Source: Phoronis australis (Eukaryota; Animalia; Phoronida). Taken from it: 64,000 nt of DNA. Each line of letters begins with the position of its first letter. The first letter of the stretch is position 1. The translations under genes were made by a program, and so were the position numbers. The stretch is from positions 162,013 through 226,012 of the forward strand of contig NMRA01000378.1 in NCBI GenBank assembly GCA_002633005.1, written 5' to 3'. Of the stretch, positions 41,001 to 52,565 are shown piece after piece. The notes beneath the pieces are model-generated. The model searched no databases and was not told where the DNA came from. It saw only the letters and a list, made by a program, of their open reading frames with translations.

Positions 41001-44000
41001 ACTAGTAAAACTAAAACGACGAGCATCGGTACTAAAGTATATTATAATATCCCCATGTTTCCAGTGATGTGCTCTTTGTCAAGGGTGTGACATATGTCAC
41101 TATGTGGTCTCCTGTGCCATTTTATTTTAGATCCATCTACATGTACTCAGCAGTCTGTAGCACACCCTTGACAAAGAGCGCATCGCTCGAAATGTGGGGA
41201 TATTTTGATATATTTTAGTAGCAATGCTCGTCGTTTTAGTTTTACTAGTTTTACTATTTTATAAGGATATTGTTATGAGAGCAATTTTATCAGTGTGTAG
41301 GCCTAATACAATTTTTGAAACTTAGCCATGCAGGTATACAGCGCATACCTGGAAGAGAGTTTATGAGAATAGTGAAAAGCCTAGCTTTTCAATTTTTGTA
41401 TCTAAGCCAGGTATATTAGTCAAAGTTGAAAGCAATTTTATGAAAGAGTGACAAGCCGATTCCAATTTTTGTATCCTAGATAGCTATACAGTGTGAAATG
41501 CAGACTGTATGCACAAACTTTCATACCTAGACCACTTTTCTAATTCAAATATTTTCAGTGGACGATGAGGTTATCAGCTCCATAGGCCGTGGAATTTGTG
41601 TTTTACTTGGTATCTCAAGAGATGACACCCATAAAGATATTGATTACATGTGAGTACAAAATAGATTTAGTAGAAACACTTCAAAGATGTTTCTTCTGTG
41701 TGGTCATTATTTATTATTTATTATTGATTTCTGCTGTTCTTGTATGGAAACATTTAAGTGGAACTTGCAGGCAAATTCTTTATCTTTGTGATTGCTTGGG
41801 TAAATTAGTTTGGAGCACAACATATAGATAGAGACGATGTGAATATCAAGTACATTGAAAATTGACAAATGTTTTTTTAAGAACAAGTTTTGTGTCGAAA
41901 ATTAATCCGCCGTAAAATCACTCAACTGTGTCCAGTAAGTATGGTGACGTGGTGTTGGGGAATAACAATGTATGATGCAGTGTATGTGAGCCAACAAGGT
42001 ATGTAAAGGTCACCTATTTGCAGATTCTTTTGTTTCACATTTACAAGTTGTGATTGAATACAACTGCACTTGTTAATCGTAAGTGATGTTCAAATAGCAT
42101 TTGTCGTTTAGTTCCTGCATTACGTTAGCATAGTTAAGAGCATGCAAATACATATTTAAGAGGTGTCTTCCCACAGAAAAGTTGATTTTCAAAACACAGT
42201 TTTAGGCTAATTTTTTTGGATTTGTTTTCCGTCCCATTTTGTTGTAGCCTTGATGTATGTGTGTAACTTTTGGATTTTTTTTGTCTTGATATCTTTTTTG
42301 CAACTTGCAAAAAGATGTTACTGAAATCACTGGTGCATTCCTTGAAGGCAACTTTCTTTTCTCCATGAAAAATTTATTAAAAGTGAGAAAGCCTAATTTC
42401 ATTTTGCTAGGTTGGCAAGCTATTATAGCCAAAAGTTGCCTGATCGCTATTCAATAGAAATATTTCCTTTTCTTTCTCAGGGTTCAAAAGATACTTAAAC
42501 TGAGAGTGTTTGAAGATGACCATGGATCAAGATGGAAAGTGGGAGTTGCAGATAAAAACTTGGAAATACTCTGTGTTAGTCAGGTAAAATGCATTGTTGC
42601 CTTGCTTGTGATATGAAAGACCAACCTTTGGTTTTAGGACATTTAATCAGAATACATGGCCGTCTGTTGCCAGGAAACAAGTCATATTCATTTACCTTTT
42701 TTCCAATTGATGGATACCAGGTGAATATAAACTAAGGTAAATAACTGCCCAATACTTTGAGACTGTTCTCTAAATTTGAATTGCTGAATTTCTCTGTTCT
42801 CTGAATGTAAACTGTCTTGGTGTTGACTTTTAGTTCACACTGACATGCACACTAAAAGGAAACAAGCCTGACTTTCACACTTCAATGGAACCCAACCAAT
42901 CACAGGCTATGTACGAAGACTTTCTACAACGTCTGAAGGCTGCCTACAAGCCTGAGCTCATCAAAGATGGACAATTCGGTGCTTACATGCAAGTGTCTAT
43001 TCAGAATGACGGCCCGGTGACAATGCAGATTGACAGTCCTGTTCATCTCAATAAGGTAATAAAATGCTGCTGCCTGTGACCCACAAAAGCTCAACTAAAC
43101 GCCCATTTCCTATTTCCATTAAAATCCATTCAAGTGAATTCTGGCTAAATTCTCCGCAACATCTTGGCAGGTGTTGCTCCACTAACTTTATTGAAATCGC
43201 GACGACATACTTGGGATCTAGGGTAATAAATAAACACTGATCACATAGATTTAATACTGGAACATTTGATTCCAACAAAAGCTTTGAAAAAACACCATTT
43301 TATCGTGGCAAAAGTTTGAATTAAGTGCCAAATTATTCTGGCAAGCTTGACATTTAATTTTGAAAACTACTGTTGCTTTTTGAATTTCTTAAATATTGTT
43401 TGATTGTTAACCCATGAAACTGGATTTTAGAAAATTGTGGTGGACAAAAATGTAAAAGATATATCTGCATGCTCCTAACTATGCTAATGTATAGCAGGAA
43501 CTAAACAACAATGCTATTTGAACATCATATGCACTAAACAAAATGCAGCTGTATTCATTGACAACCTGTAAATACAAATATAAAATTCTGCATATAGTGA
43601 CCTTTGCACTAATGGCGTACCTGGCAGGCTCCCATGGCCCGAATCATGAAGTTTTATTCCCCAGCACCATGTCACGATACTTAGGGGACACGGCTCAGTG
43701 ATTTGCAGCCAATCATTTTTGAACATTTGGCGACTTCCACACTTCTTCATATTCACATCACCGCCATATGTTGTTTTTCTAACTAATTTGGCCAAGTAAT
43801 CACAGAGATATATAACTAGCCTGCAATTTCCTCTTGCAGGCCAAAATGCAGACTTCGAGCATTGAAGTTTTGTACAGTATACATTTATTTTTGCATTGAA
43901 ACCTTGGTTCAACCAATCAAACACTACAATGTGTTGTGTTTAGAGAAGTTGCTCCTTGAAAATCTCAGGTGTTGAATTTTGTATAACTCATGTTTCACTC

Positions 44001-44282
44001 CTCTCGCAAGTACATGTGCATACATGTATTACTCCTGATTGTAAAACAGCTGATATGGCATATTTCTCGTCACCATGCAGGCTTGTTGGTTGGTTTCCAC
44101 CTTAGTGGACAGTTTTATTGGGTTGTATTGCTTTTGTAAATATTTGGTGTTTATTTCATATTTGTCTTGTCTCATTTCAGAATGACAAAGTGAAAAAGAA
44201 AGCAAATAGCGAAGACAAGAATAGCAGTGACAGCAAGCCAGATAAAGTGTGTGCAGAAGTTGAAGACAAACTTGTGCTGTAA
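38042..44282 (+). CDS. DTD1: D-aminoacyl-tRNA deacylase 1; exons 38042-38084, 41559-41649, 42481-42583, 42834-43055, 44181-44282 (561 nt, 186 aa)
   Basis: MRAVVQRVMKASVS/VDDEVISSIGRGICVLLGISRDDTHKDIDY/MVQKILKLRVFEDDHGSRWKVGVADKNLEILCVSQ/FTLTCTLKGNKPDFH...KDGQFGAYMQVSIQNDGPVT. The SQFTL and NDGPVT signature motifs are present. All introns are GT-AG, phases are consistent, and TAA is at 44280-44282. Confidence 0.96.
38560..38758. repeat. 21-bp inverted repeat pair in DTD1 intron 1
   Basis: TGATTTGAGAACCAGTGACTT / AAGTAACTGGTTCTCAAATCA (1 mismatch). Confidence 0.65.
39560..40500 (-). mobile_element. Possible Crypton-like (DUF3504) relic in DTD1 intron 1
   Basis: QYRTGKNNNGG resembles the YxExxSKNxxGG motif, and QWVVN/IFTKW resembles the KWAVxxFxxW motif; heavily decayed. 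Confidence 0.3.
40987..41263. mobile_element. MITE / long hairpin with about 100-bp inverted arms
   Basis: 40987-41089 is the reverse complement of 41161-41263 (AAATAGTAAAACTAGTAAAACTAAAACGACGAGCAT...). Confidence 0.85.
41765..43826. repeat. Diverged inverted repeat pair: 41765-42155 (DTD1 intron 2) and 43461-43826 (intron 4)
   Basis: Shared blocks such as GATGTGAATAT, GGGGAATAA, AAAGGTCAC, TGATGTTCAAATAGCATT, GTTTAGTTCCTGC and TTAGCATAGTTA occur collinearly in opposite orientation. Confidence 0.85.
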
Positions 44283-45959
44283 CGTTTGTTGAGATTTAGT
44301 TTAAATGAGGCATTACTTAAAATGTGAATCTTGATTGGGGCATTACTTTTTTTCACCAACATGCAAATCTGGGGATAAAAGAGCACTGTGTGTAGTGGAG
44401 AAGTCTTGACATAACCAATTCCATCCTTTTTGGTTGCAGCGAGCTGTTCACAGCCTGCTGCTCAAACTATGACTGTGTGCAAACAACCAGTCTTTTGATA
44501 GATCTGGTTGTTTCAGCTAGATTCATTTTGTTTGTATCGTTACAAGTAGTCTATATGTCCCCTCATAAACCTGCATAATCTGACCCTCAGTGCAGTTATG
44601 GTCAGTAAATAGAAGTTAGTATTGTTTCTGTGAAGTAATCATGGACAAATCGTAAATTTGTCATAAGCTATTTGACGCACACAAATATGCATATTTGTGT
44701 GCATACCAAAGCCATCTGTCTGGCATCTGTCTTAAGTTTGTATTTCCAAGCTGCTTAAGAGATGTACAGGTTATCTGGTGGGCACCCGTGATGTGTTATT
44801 TTTATTTATTATAGTGAGAAAGATGCGTGAACATGCGTTATGGTACACGTGAAAGAGAGAAAATACATCCTAACTGGTCTTTACATACCTAATGCACATT
44901 CCAGTCAGTGACACAGTGCAAGGTATTTCTTTGGCAACACTGTGCTTTACTACTAACACAACAATAGGCTCTGCATGTCTGAGTGGAGGACTAAGAAATT
45001 GGATTAACACAAAAGTTGTTCGAGCAATTAACCACAGCATTGATTGTACCTGATAAAAAACAAAGTGAACATTCATTTTGTCTTGAACTTCGATTTCATA
45101 GTTTAGAACCAGTAATCCATACAAGACAACATTTGCTGCAACTTTTGTAGTCCAGAAAAAGCTGCTAAGTTTAGAACAAACCATTTTGTACTGTGTGACT
45201 ATCCAATTCGCAATTAACAGTGCAATACTCAGTAACTAAGCTGGCAACTTTACTAAAACTGTGTTTCCCATTCATTATATTTAGTGATTCTAGGACCTCG
45301 CTCTAATTCAAGACTTCGAGAGATATTGCTGTGTATTTTAAATGAGAACACGTGATTTAGGATAATTTTAGAGAGGTAATTGATGCTGAACTCTACCCTA
45401 CCTTGCTATTGTTTTTTATCTTCTTTGTGAGAGCCACAGGCAAAAGAAGGCACCCAAGGGGTATATGACCCCCTGTTCAGTTCAAAAAATCGTTCAACTC
45501 TGTCAGTAGTCAACGTAATTTTGGGTTCATATTGGAATGTCCCTGCAGGGTGCTAAAAACTTTATTCGCCACCAATTGCCAGAAATCTGCCCCCCCTCAG
45601 GCACCCTAAAGTTAAATATTTCTGACAGTGCGATCGTCAACAGTATAAAAAGACAAACATTCACGGTCAATAGAAAACTATTCATGAGAGACAATTTTAT
45701 TAAAGTCTCATTCATGACAGACAAAAAGTTCACAAAATTCAACAGAAATAACGGTCTCGATTTCATAACAAACATACTGAATGACTGACTGTGCCATAGC
45801 AAGGAGTGGTCAGGGGTAAGGGGCAAGGTGCTCGCTATGCCACTGAACTGACTACTGTCATTGCACATCAATTCCAATCTAGGATTAACTATGACAAAAG
45901 ATATAATATATGGTGAGCACGGTCATTTTTAAAGTAAACCTCCAATTGTGATAAAAAAC

Positions 45960-46480
45960 AAGCCACCATTACCACATCCATGTCTCTGTCCCTCTTTCAC
46001 TCGCATAGCTGCTTTTCATTCTCTACGGCCATCATTCCACCCTCGGCTACTACGACCCATTTTGCCCCCGACTCGACCACCACAATTTCACAATAGGCCA
46101 GCATCTTCTTCTGCCTCAGCAACTGACAAACTTTGCTTCTGGCCACCATCCACTCTGCAATAGGCCACCACTTATTTCTGTCCTGGCCACTGCCAAATTT
46201 TGCCCAGGTCGCCACTTATCTAACCAATCCTCAGCCACTGTCACTCATCTAATTTTCACTCAGCCACTATAGATTTCGGCCTTCTGATGCGTAGCGTACC
46301 CATTTGGTAAAAGTTTTATCTCACTCTCCTTTCGGCCATGAACTCTAACAACCAAAGACCAAGGCCCAGGCCACTATTCATTTGGCCCTCAGCAGTCAGC
46401 CATTCAGCCCCTGTCCAACATCCATACTGACTTGAACTCTTCCCATCTGCCACTCATTCTCTTTCAGTTGCCACCCACTT
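45960..46480 (+). repeat. Degenerate C-rich minisatellite (CTCGGCCACCA-like units about every 21-24 bp)
   Basis: Recurrent GGCCAC/AGCCAC cores with strong strand asymmetry. Confidence 0.55.
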
Positions 46481-48391
46481 GTTTGGATTCATCCAAACAC
46501 TCATGATGTCTACACTTATAACTGTTTCAAACAGATCACTAGTTGATAAAATGACACCAATACCTAAGAATGGGCACATCTTGTGATTCTTCATAACAAA
46601 ATATTCAAACTAATAACTAAACTTCAACTTTAGTGTTCTCCACTCTCAAGCACAACTGCAGACATGTGACAATGTGTTTACATCCACTTATAGCTTTCCT
46701 GCACATTTGGTTAAAAAAAACTTTCATAAATGTTTCCTATAAGATAATACAACTTGAGCTGAGCTGTAGACATTGTCCCCTTTATCGTTGCAAGTTTTTT
46801 GTAAATCCTGTCATTGATCGATCCGAGTGAAACAAATGAACAATCTGTAACTGCTAGAAACCAGCTGCCGAACGTCATTAACCAAGTCATGAATCTCGGC
46901 AGCTAAACATGACAGAAATCACTAATTTTGAGAGCTTTGTTTATCTTTGACTGGTTGTTATGCTAAAAAGCTAGGCTAAACGTTGAGCTCATTTACCACT
47001 TCATTCAGTAAATCTACGACATAACATGTTCAGCAGAAACAGCATCGTCATCATCAACATTTTCAGGAGAGCTTAAACGCATTGCTGCAGACAACCGTGA
47101 AAATGCAACAATCTGCGATACTCTTAACCAATCATCACAGGTAAACGCTTTCCCAGTGGAGTCCCGTAACGTTTTCATTATTTCGGCGACTTCCGAGGGT
47201 GAACGTTTTTTACCCGACTTGTCTCCTTCATCGAATATGTTCGTCTGAAAGTTCTTAACCTTTATTGAAAATCTTGTTGACCTTTTACCTTTTTTCAGTG
47301 CCCACCCCATTGCTTCAGCATTCGTCGCATCCACACTGTACTCTGAGGCTCCCTTAAATGGTGCTCCGGTTCTTGCATCTGAAAATATTTCTGACCACTG
47401 TCGTGCGATGTGGTTGTACATGGTTTCCCTCTGTAAATACTTGAAGTAGTTACCCACATACAAATGATGACCTAGTTCTGCGCCTGTAGCAAAGAATTTC
47501 AAGCGACCATGGTGGTTGCATGGAAGCCTTTGTTAAGGCTCTTAAAACTGCCAAACTCAACAGTTGGTGTTGAAAATTCGCCATGTCTAGAGACGTTAGT
47601 GGATTTCAGAGACATGGGTTTTCCCATTTTCTTGGATGGAATAGTGGAAATTTGTGAATGTGCTTATACCAGGAACTGAGTATTTCGGAAAAGACTGGTG
47701 CATTTGCTGAACATGCAGACGCGTAACATCCCTTCACACCGCCACTGGAATCTTATGCTCCTTTCAAATCCAGAAAGTTTCTGATATTGTAGCCTTCGGC
47801 TACAGAGTACTTCGCATGTTGTCTGAGTGGAGTAATCTTGCGATTACAGAGATCCTTTTCCTTTTGACTTTCACTAAAGTCGTATCTCGAAACAGAAATG
47901 CCGGTGTGACAAGGCTGCTACGTTAAGGAGGAGATGAGCAAAGTGTTAACATCCAGCATTATCTGAGCGTAGAAAGGCCTCGGCGTTCTCAACTTCAGCT
48001 TTCTTCACAAAACATCTAGTATGATGCAGCAAACTGTGCTGTTCTTGTTTCCATGTATCAAGAGTGTGCACATTGGTACGTACCTATGACATGAACAAAA
48101 AGCTTGTTTAGGTTAAGACACCATGCTACATATAACTGCAAGTTAAGAAAAATAATAAATGCACACGAAAACTGTAAAGTGTCAAATTATGCAGTGGCCT
48201 CTGCTAGCGAAGTCAGGATTCTGACTGTGCATGTCCTTTCTTTAGTAGTCCTTGGGAAGAGCCAAAATAAATTCCAGCAGCTTTTACTACTGCTCTGCCA
48301 CTTAGTAGCAACCGAGCTCTCTTTTCGCCAAAGTGCAAGTTAAGGAAAATAATAAATGCACACGAAAACTGTAAAGTTCTCATATGAAATC

Positions 48392-48919
48392 NNNNNNNNN
48401 NNNNNNNNNNNNNNNNNNNNNNNNNNNNNNNNNNNNNNNNNNNNNNNNNNNNNNNNNNNNNNNNNNNNNNNNNNNNNNNNNNNNNNNNNNNNNNNNNNNN
48501 NNNNNNNNNNNNNNNNNNNNNNNNNNNNNNNNNNNNNNNNNNNNNNNNNNNNNNNNNNNNNNNNNNNNNNNNNNNNNNNNNNNNNNNNNNNNNNNNNNNN
48601 NNNNNNNNNNNNNNNNNNNNNNNNNNNNNNNNNNNNNNNNNNNNNNNNNNNNNNNNNNNNNNNNNNNNNNNNNNNNNNNNNNNNNNNNNNNNNNNNNNNN
48701 NNNNNNNNNNNNNNNNNNNNNNNNNNNNNNNNNNNNNNNNNNNNNNNNNNNNNNNNNNNNNNNNNNNNNNNNNNNNNNNNNNNNNNNNNNNNNNNNNNNN
48801 NNNNNNNNNNNNNNNNNNNNNNNNNNNNNNNNNNNNNNNNNNNNNNNNNNNNNNNNNNNNNNNNNNNNNNNNNNNNNNNNNNNNNNNNNNNNNNNNNNNN
48901 NNNNNNNNNNNNNNNNNNN
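48392..48919. other. Assembly gap (528 N)
   Basis: Run of N. Confidence 1.
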
Positions 48920-49213
48920 GGGGCACCATAGGAGATGTTCCATTCTACAATCAAAGTCAGCCGTGTTCATCTAAATGGCAACATCTCTGTACAGCTTACG
49001 TAAGGAAGTGGAAAGGTGTGGTCATCTCCATAATTGAAACATACTGCGAAATTTCATTCAGTCAAGGAACTTGCCAGATATAGAGTCTAAAATAAAGTGG
49101 TAGTCAAATACATCCAAAATTTCTCTTGTGTCATCCCATCTGTAAAATCTGACATTCACTAAGGATTTGGAGATGCAACAGCGAATGTCAGACAAAAAGA
49201 TGCGGATGACAGC

Positions 49214-49951
49214 TGTCACGTTTTCCCCCGTGTGTGGGTGGGTGCTGGTTGTTACAGGCCGGTGCTAATAGCTTTCGGTGCGACGATTGACTGAAGACTG
49301 GTTCGAGTTAATCCTTTATTAATCCCGACCGTACGTTCACAAGCCTACTCGAACAAAACGTCCAGCGTAATGTCTGTTTATGCTCCAGCCAGTGCTGCGA
49401 AACCTTGACTTGTGATGAACTTCTGAGACACGTTAAGCAACTGTTACACTCGTCGATTCAATAACCTGCCGTCTCTATAGCTTGCTCTCTATTGACTATC
49501 GCTGTAACTGCTGATTCTCTTCACTGCAACTCAACTGTAATTCTCCTGATTAACTTTCTTGAACTGCTGGTTATCTGACTAACACAAACCCGTGCTTGTG
49601 TATTTATAGCCCAATGTGTTGTTCTGGAACTTTACATCAATTCAGGCACATTCTAGAACTTTCCTGAATCTACCAAACCATTCTACAAACATGTACTAGT
49701 CTCTAGAATGTTCTAGACTGCATTAATCACTGTCATGCTAGAAAGTTCCACACTGTACTGCAGTAAACAAATTACATCATTACTACTGAACTCAGTCTAC
49801 AAGAAAGTTCCATACTATTCTGTAGTAAACAAATTACATCATCATTGTACTTACATGTAACTCAGGGGTCATGCCAATCAAGCTGAATAACAAAACAAAA
49901 CAAAACAAAACAATTTAACAACTAATAATACTGTCAGACTATATTCTGACA
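49214..49951 (-). mobile_element. Solo LTR (738 bp)
   Basis: TGTCA...TGACA termini with perfect 5-bp TSD ACAGC (49209-49213 and 49952-49956). TATA box (49601-49608) and AATAAA (49315-49320) on minus. Confidence 0.9.
49621..49810. promoter_or_regulatory. Cluster of heat-shock elements in the solo LTR
   Basis: Perfect 4-unit TTCtaGAActTTCctGAA at 49651-49668, plus TTCtgGAA (49622), GAAtgTTC (49706) and GAAagTTC (49741, 49803). Confidence 0.7.
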
Positions 49952-51614
49952 ACAGCATAATGGGCACACACAAACATGCACGCAAAGTCACACAGAGCAA
50001 GTTAAAAGTAATCAGACTGGCAGTATACTTTTTTACCCCACTTGACGGCTAGTCTTGTTAATGCAAAAATGACTGGTAATAACTATTACGGCGGCTAATT
50101 ACAAAATGCCTTGGCCTCCATACTAACGTTCCAGTTAATTCCCCTTCATTTTCAATCACAAATGAAGACCACTTTGACGACGACTTCGTCTTCTGCCCAG
50201 CCGTCATGGCAAGGAATTCTGGTTCACTTTGTCTGAATACCTTTCGCATTTAAACGTGCAGATGTATGTACACAAATAACCTGGAAACGACAGTTTAAAG
50301 GACATTCTCGGCGTGAGCAGTAATTTAACAGAAATACCATGAAATCAAACTCACCTGCACATTATTTGTTAGTAATAGACACACCAATAATACAGTAACA
50401 CTGATGGTTACGATCTACATGGACACTGCTCAAGATATTCCAGCAGAAGTTATACGATTATGTCCTTCCGTTTCAACTGTGAAGGAACAATGATGCCCAA
50501 ATACTGGCAAGCAGCCCGTAAGTCTACTACCTTCAACTTATTTGAAGTCTTCTGTTGTGACGTTTGACAAAGTTCTGAAACGTTACAGGGTGGAACACCG
50601 CCATTTGATCAAACACACAAGCACGCAACTCAGCAATTTTTGATGCCTGTGCAAAGGTGGCATCATCTCTGTCAGATTCTGGGTTGTATACTCTGCGCTG
50701 TCTTTTTTTCAGTTTTCTGCTGTTGATGACACTTCACTGGATCGATTTTTGACCAGTTTTCGTGCCTTGGTTGAATGCATCAGTCAAAAACGTCTTAACG
50801 TTTTCAGTCATTCTTTCTGACCTTTTTGCTGGCTTCAAAGCCCACCACGTTGAGCTGTATGGGTACTAGCTGCCTGCATTTTACAAACGCTAAAATCAAT
50901 AACTCATACGTATTTCGTTTATAACTGAACAAGCCATCATTACCAAAAGCTTTTAAGAAGTGGTCCTCTTCAATTTCTTGTGTAGCTGACGGAGACTGAT
51001 AAAGTGTTACTGTCGGTGTTTTCCGTCTGTCCCTTTTCCAGTCATGATCTCTGAAATTTTCAAGCAATGTATTGATATTTTTTATTCTCATTTACTACAT
51101 GGACAGATCCTTGAAGAGCAGGAAATGTATTCAAAATAGTTGTGAGCCACACATCTTTCATCTATTATGTATCCAATGACCTGTATTTTATATTGTTTAT
51201 TACACATCCTTTTGTCTAGCAATCAGATTTAGAATTCTTTCTAAAATTATTAGAACAATATTATGACTTCCACGGAAACATTTCATACCTGTACTGTACT
51301 TTAATCCATTAAAGGACTTAGATAAACGCTGTGCCACTTCGACATCACAGTGAACTTTGCCTTGACATCTCGAGCTAACAGTGTCGACATCCAAAGACTC
51401 GAGCATTATGTACTGTACATCTGCTCTTGCGTAATGCCTATTAATGCTAATTTAAGAATTGTCTCTTGTGGAACGACGTAACGAAATATTTGAATTCATG
51501 CTCGGGTGATCTTGGAAATGACTTTTTCCTCGACCGATTCTGGATTTGAAATTTTGGATGTATGTGCTGGCTGAAAGTATAGGTCATTGAGAATTGAACA
51601 CAGCATGGTATATC

Positions 51615-52565
51615 TGTTCTGGCGCAGTGTCGGCTAACGACGGAAACACAGGTGATTCTACAGTATGCTTTATCCGAATTCTATGTGTACATTGACCAAC
51701 CGTAAACTGAAACTAGCAAAACACCAAGTCACCACTATGAAGTGTACTACAAGCAAAGGCAACGACAGTCTATACAAAAACCGTTATTTACATCATCCAT
51801 AAAAATATACAGGTAGCAAAATGGCAACGTCACGTGACCTCGACTTGAACAACTTGTGATCTGTTGTAAGTCATGACGAGATTCTGACTTTTGAAGGGAA
51901 GTGAGATCCCAAAATGACCGTCAATATTCTTCACGAAAGGGTTGGCGCATCCCATCAACTCCAAATCCTCTCTAGAGTGGCCTTTTTCATGTGCGCTGGC
52001 ACTACAGTCCTTGGAAGTCCATCGCAAGCGTGTCGATAACGTCTCTAGGGCCAAGAAACGAAATTTCCTTCATGGAACAGGATTCGACAGCTTGTATGCG
52101 ATTACATCACGTCATAGGTACCAAGACTGTCCATCCGTGGCCCAAGCGAACAGCAAATGGTCCATCGCCCTTGGTAGGGACCACCTGTAACGGCGGGAGA
52201 GCAGCGGGGCAACTTGAATCCATAAGCTGATCAATGTGAATATCTGGCATTAACGAAGAAATGTTTTGAGCGACATGACGAAGATAAGCGACTTTTTCGG
52301 GAACCTCCAGTGTAGGTATATGACGAGATTCCACTGGTATCTGCACACGAGAGTAAGCCTTCTTGATCGTCACATGATTCTGGTCATTCAAGTCAGTAAC
52401 CTTCAGATTTTTAACTACCGTCGTTTTCACATAATTACGCCCGTGCATGCTGTGGAGATCGAGGGTAACTTCGTGACCTGTTGCACATAAATCAGATTTA
52501 AGACGAACGGTAAGGAAACATCCACTGGTACCGTTGTTGAAGAACGCGTATGTCAGTACTGCAGT
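51615..52565 (-). mobile_element. Second BEL/Pao fragment (protease region, pre-RT linker, 3' LTR remnant 51615-about 51845)
   Basis: TYAFFNNGTSGCF...GPFAVRLGHGWTV and HSREDLE...GHFGISLPFK...YNRSQ. LTR-like end CCAGAACA on minus at 51615. Confidence 0.75.

Larger units (their letters stand above)
47014..50250 (-). mobile_element. Degenerate DDE DNA-transposon transposase, Sola3-like
   Basis: FLRSDNAGC*H (about 47980-47945) and GISVSRYDFSESQKEKDLCNRK (about 47905-47840). C-terminal GWALKK...RFS...FDEGDKSGKK...QIVAFSRL. The family name is recalled from motif memory, not searched. Confidence 0.55.

Noticed and set aside
48213-48974. Long ORFs in the ORF track
   Set aside because: They consist of N-gap X residues.
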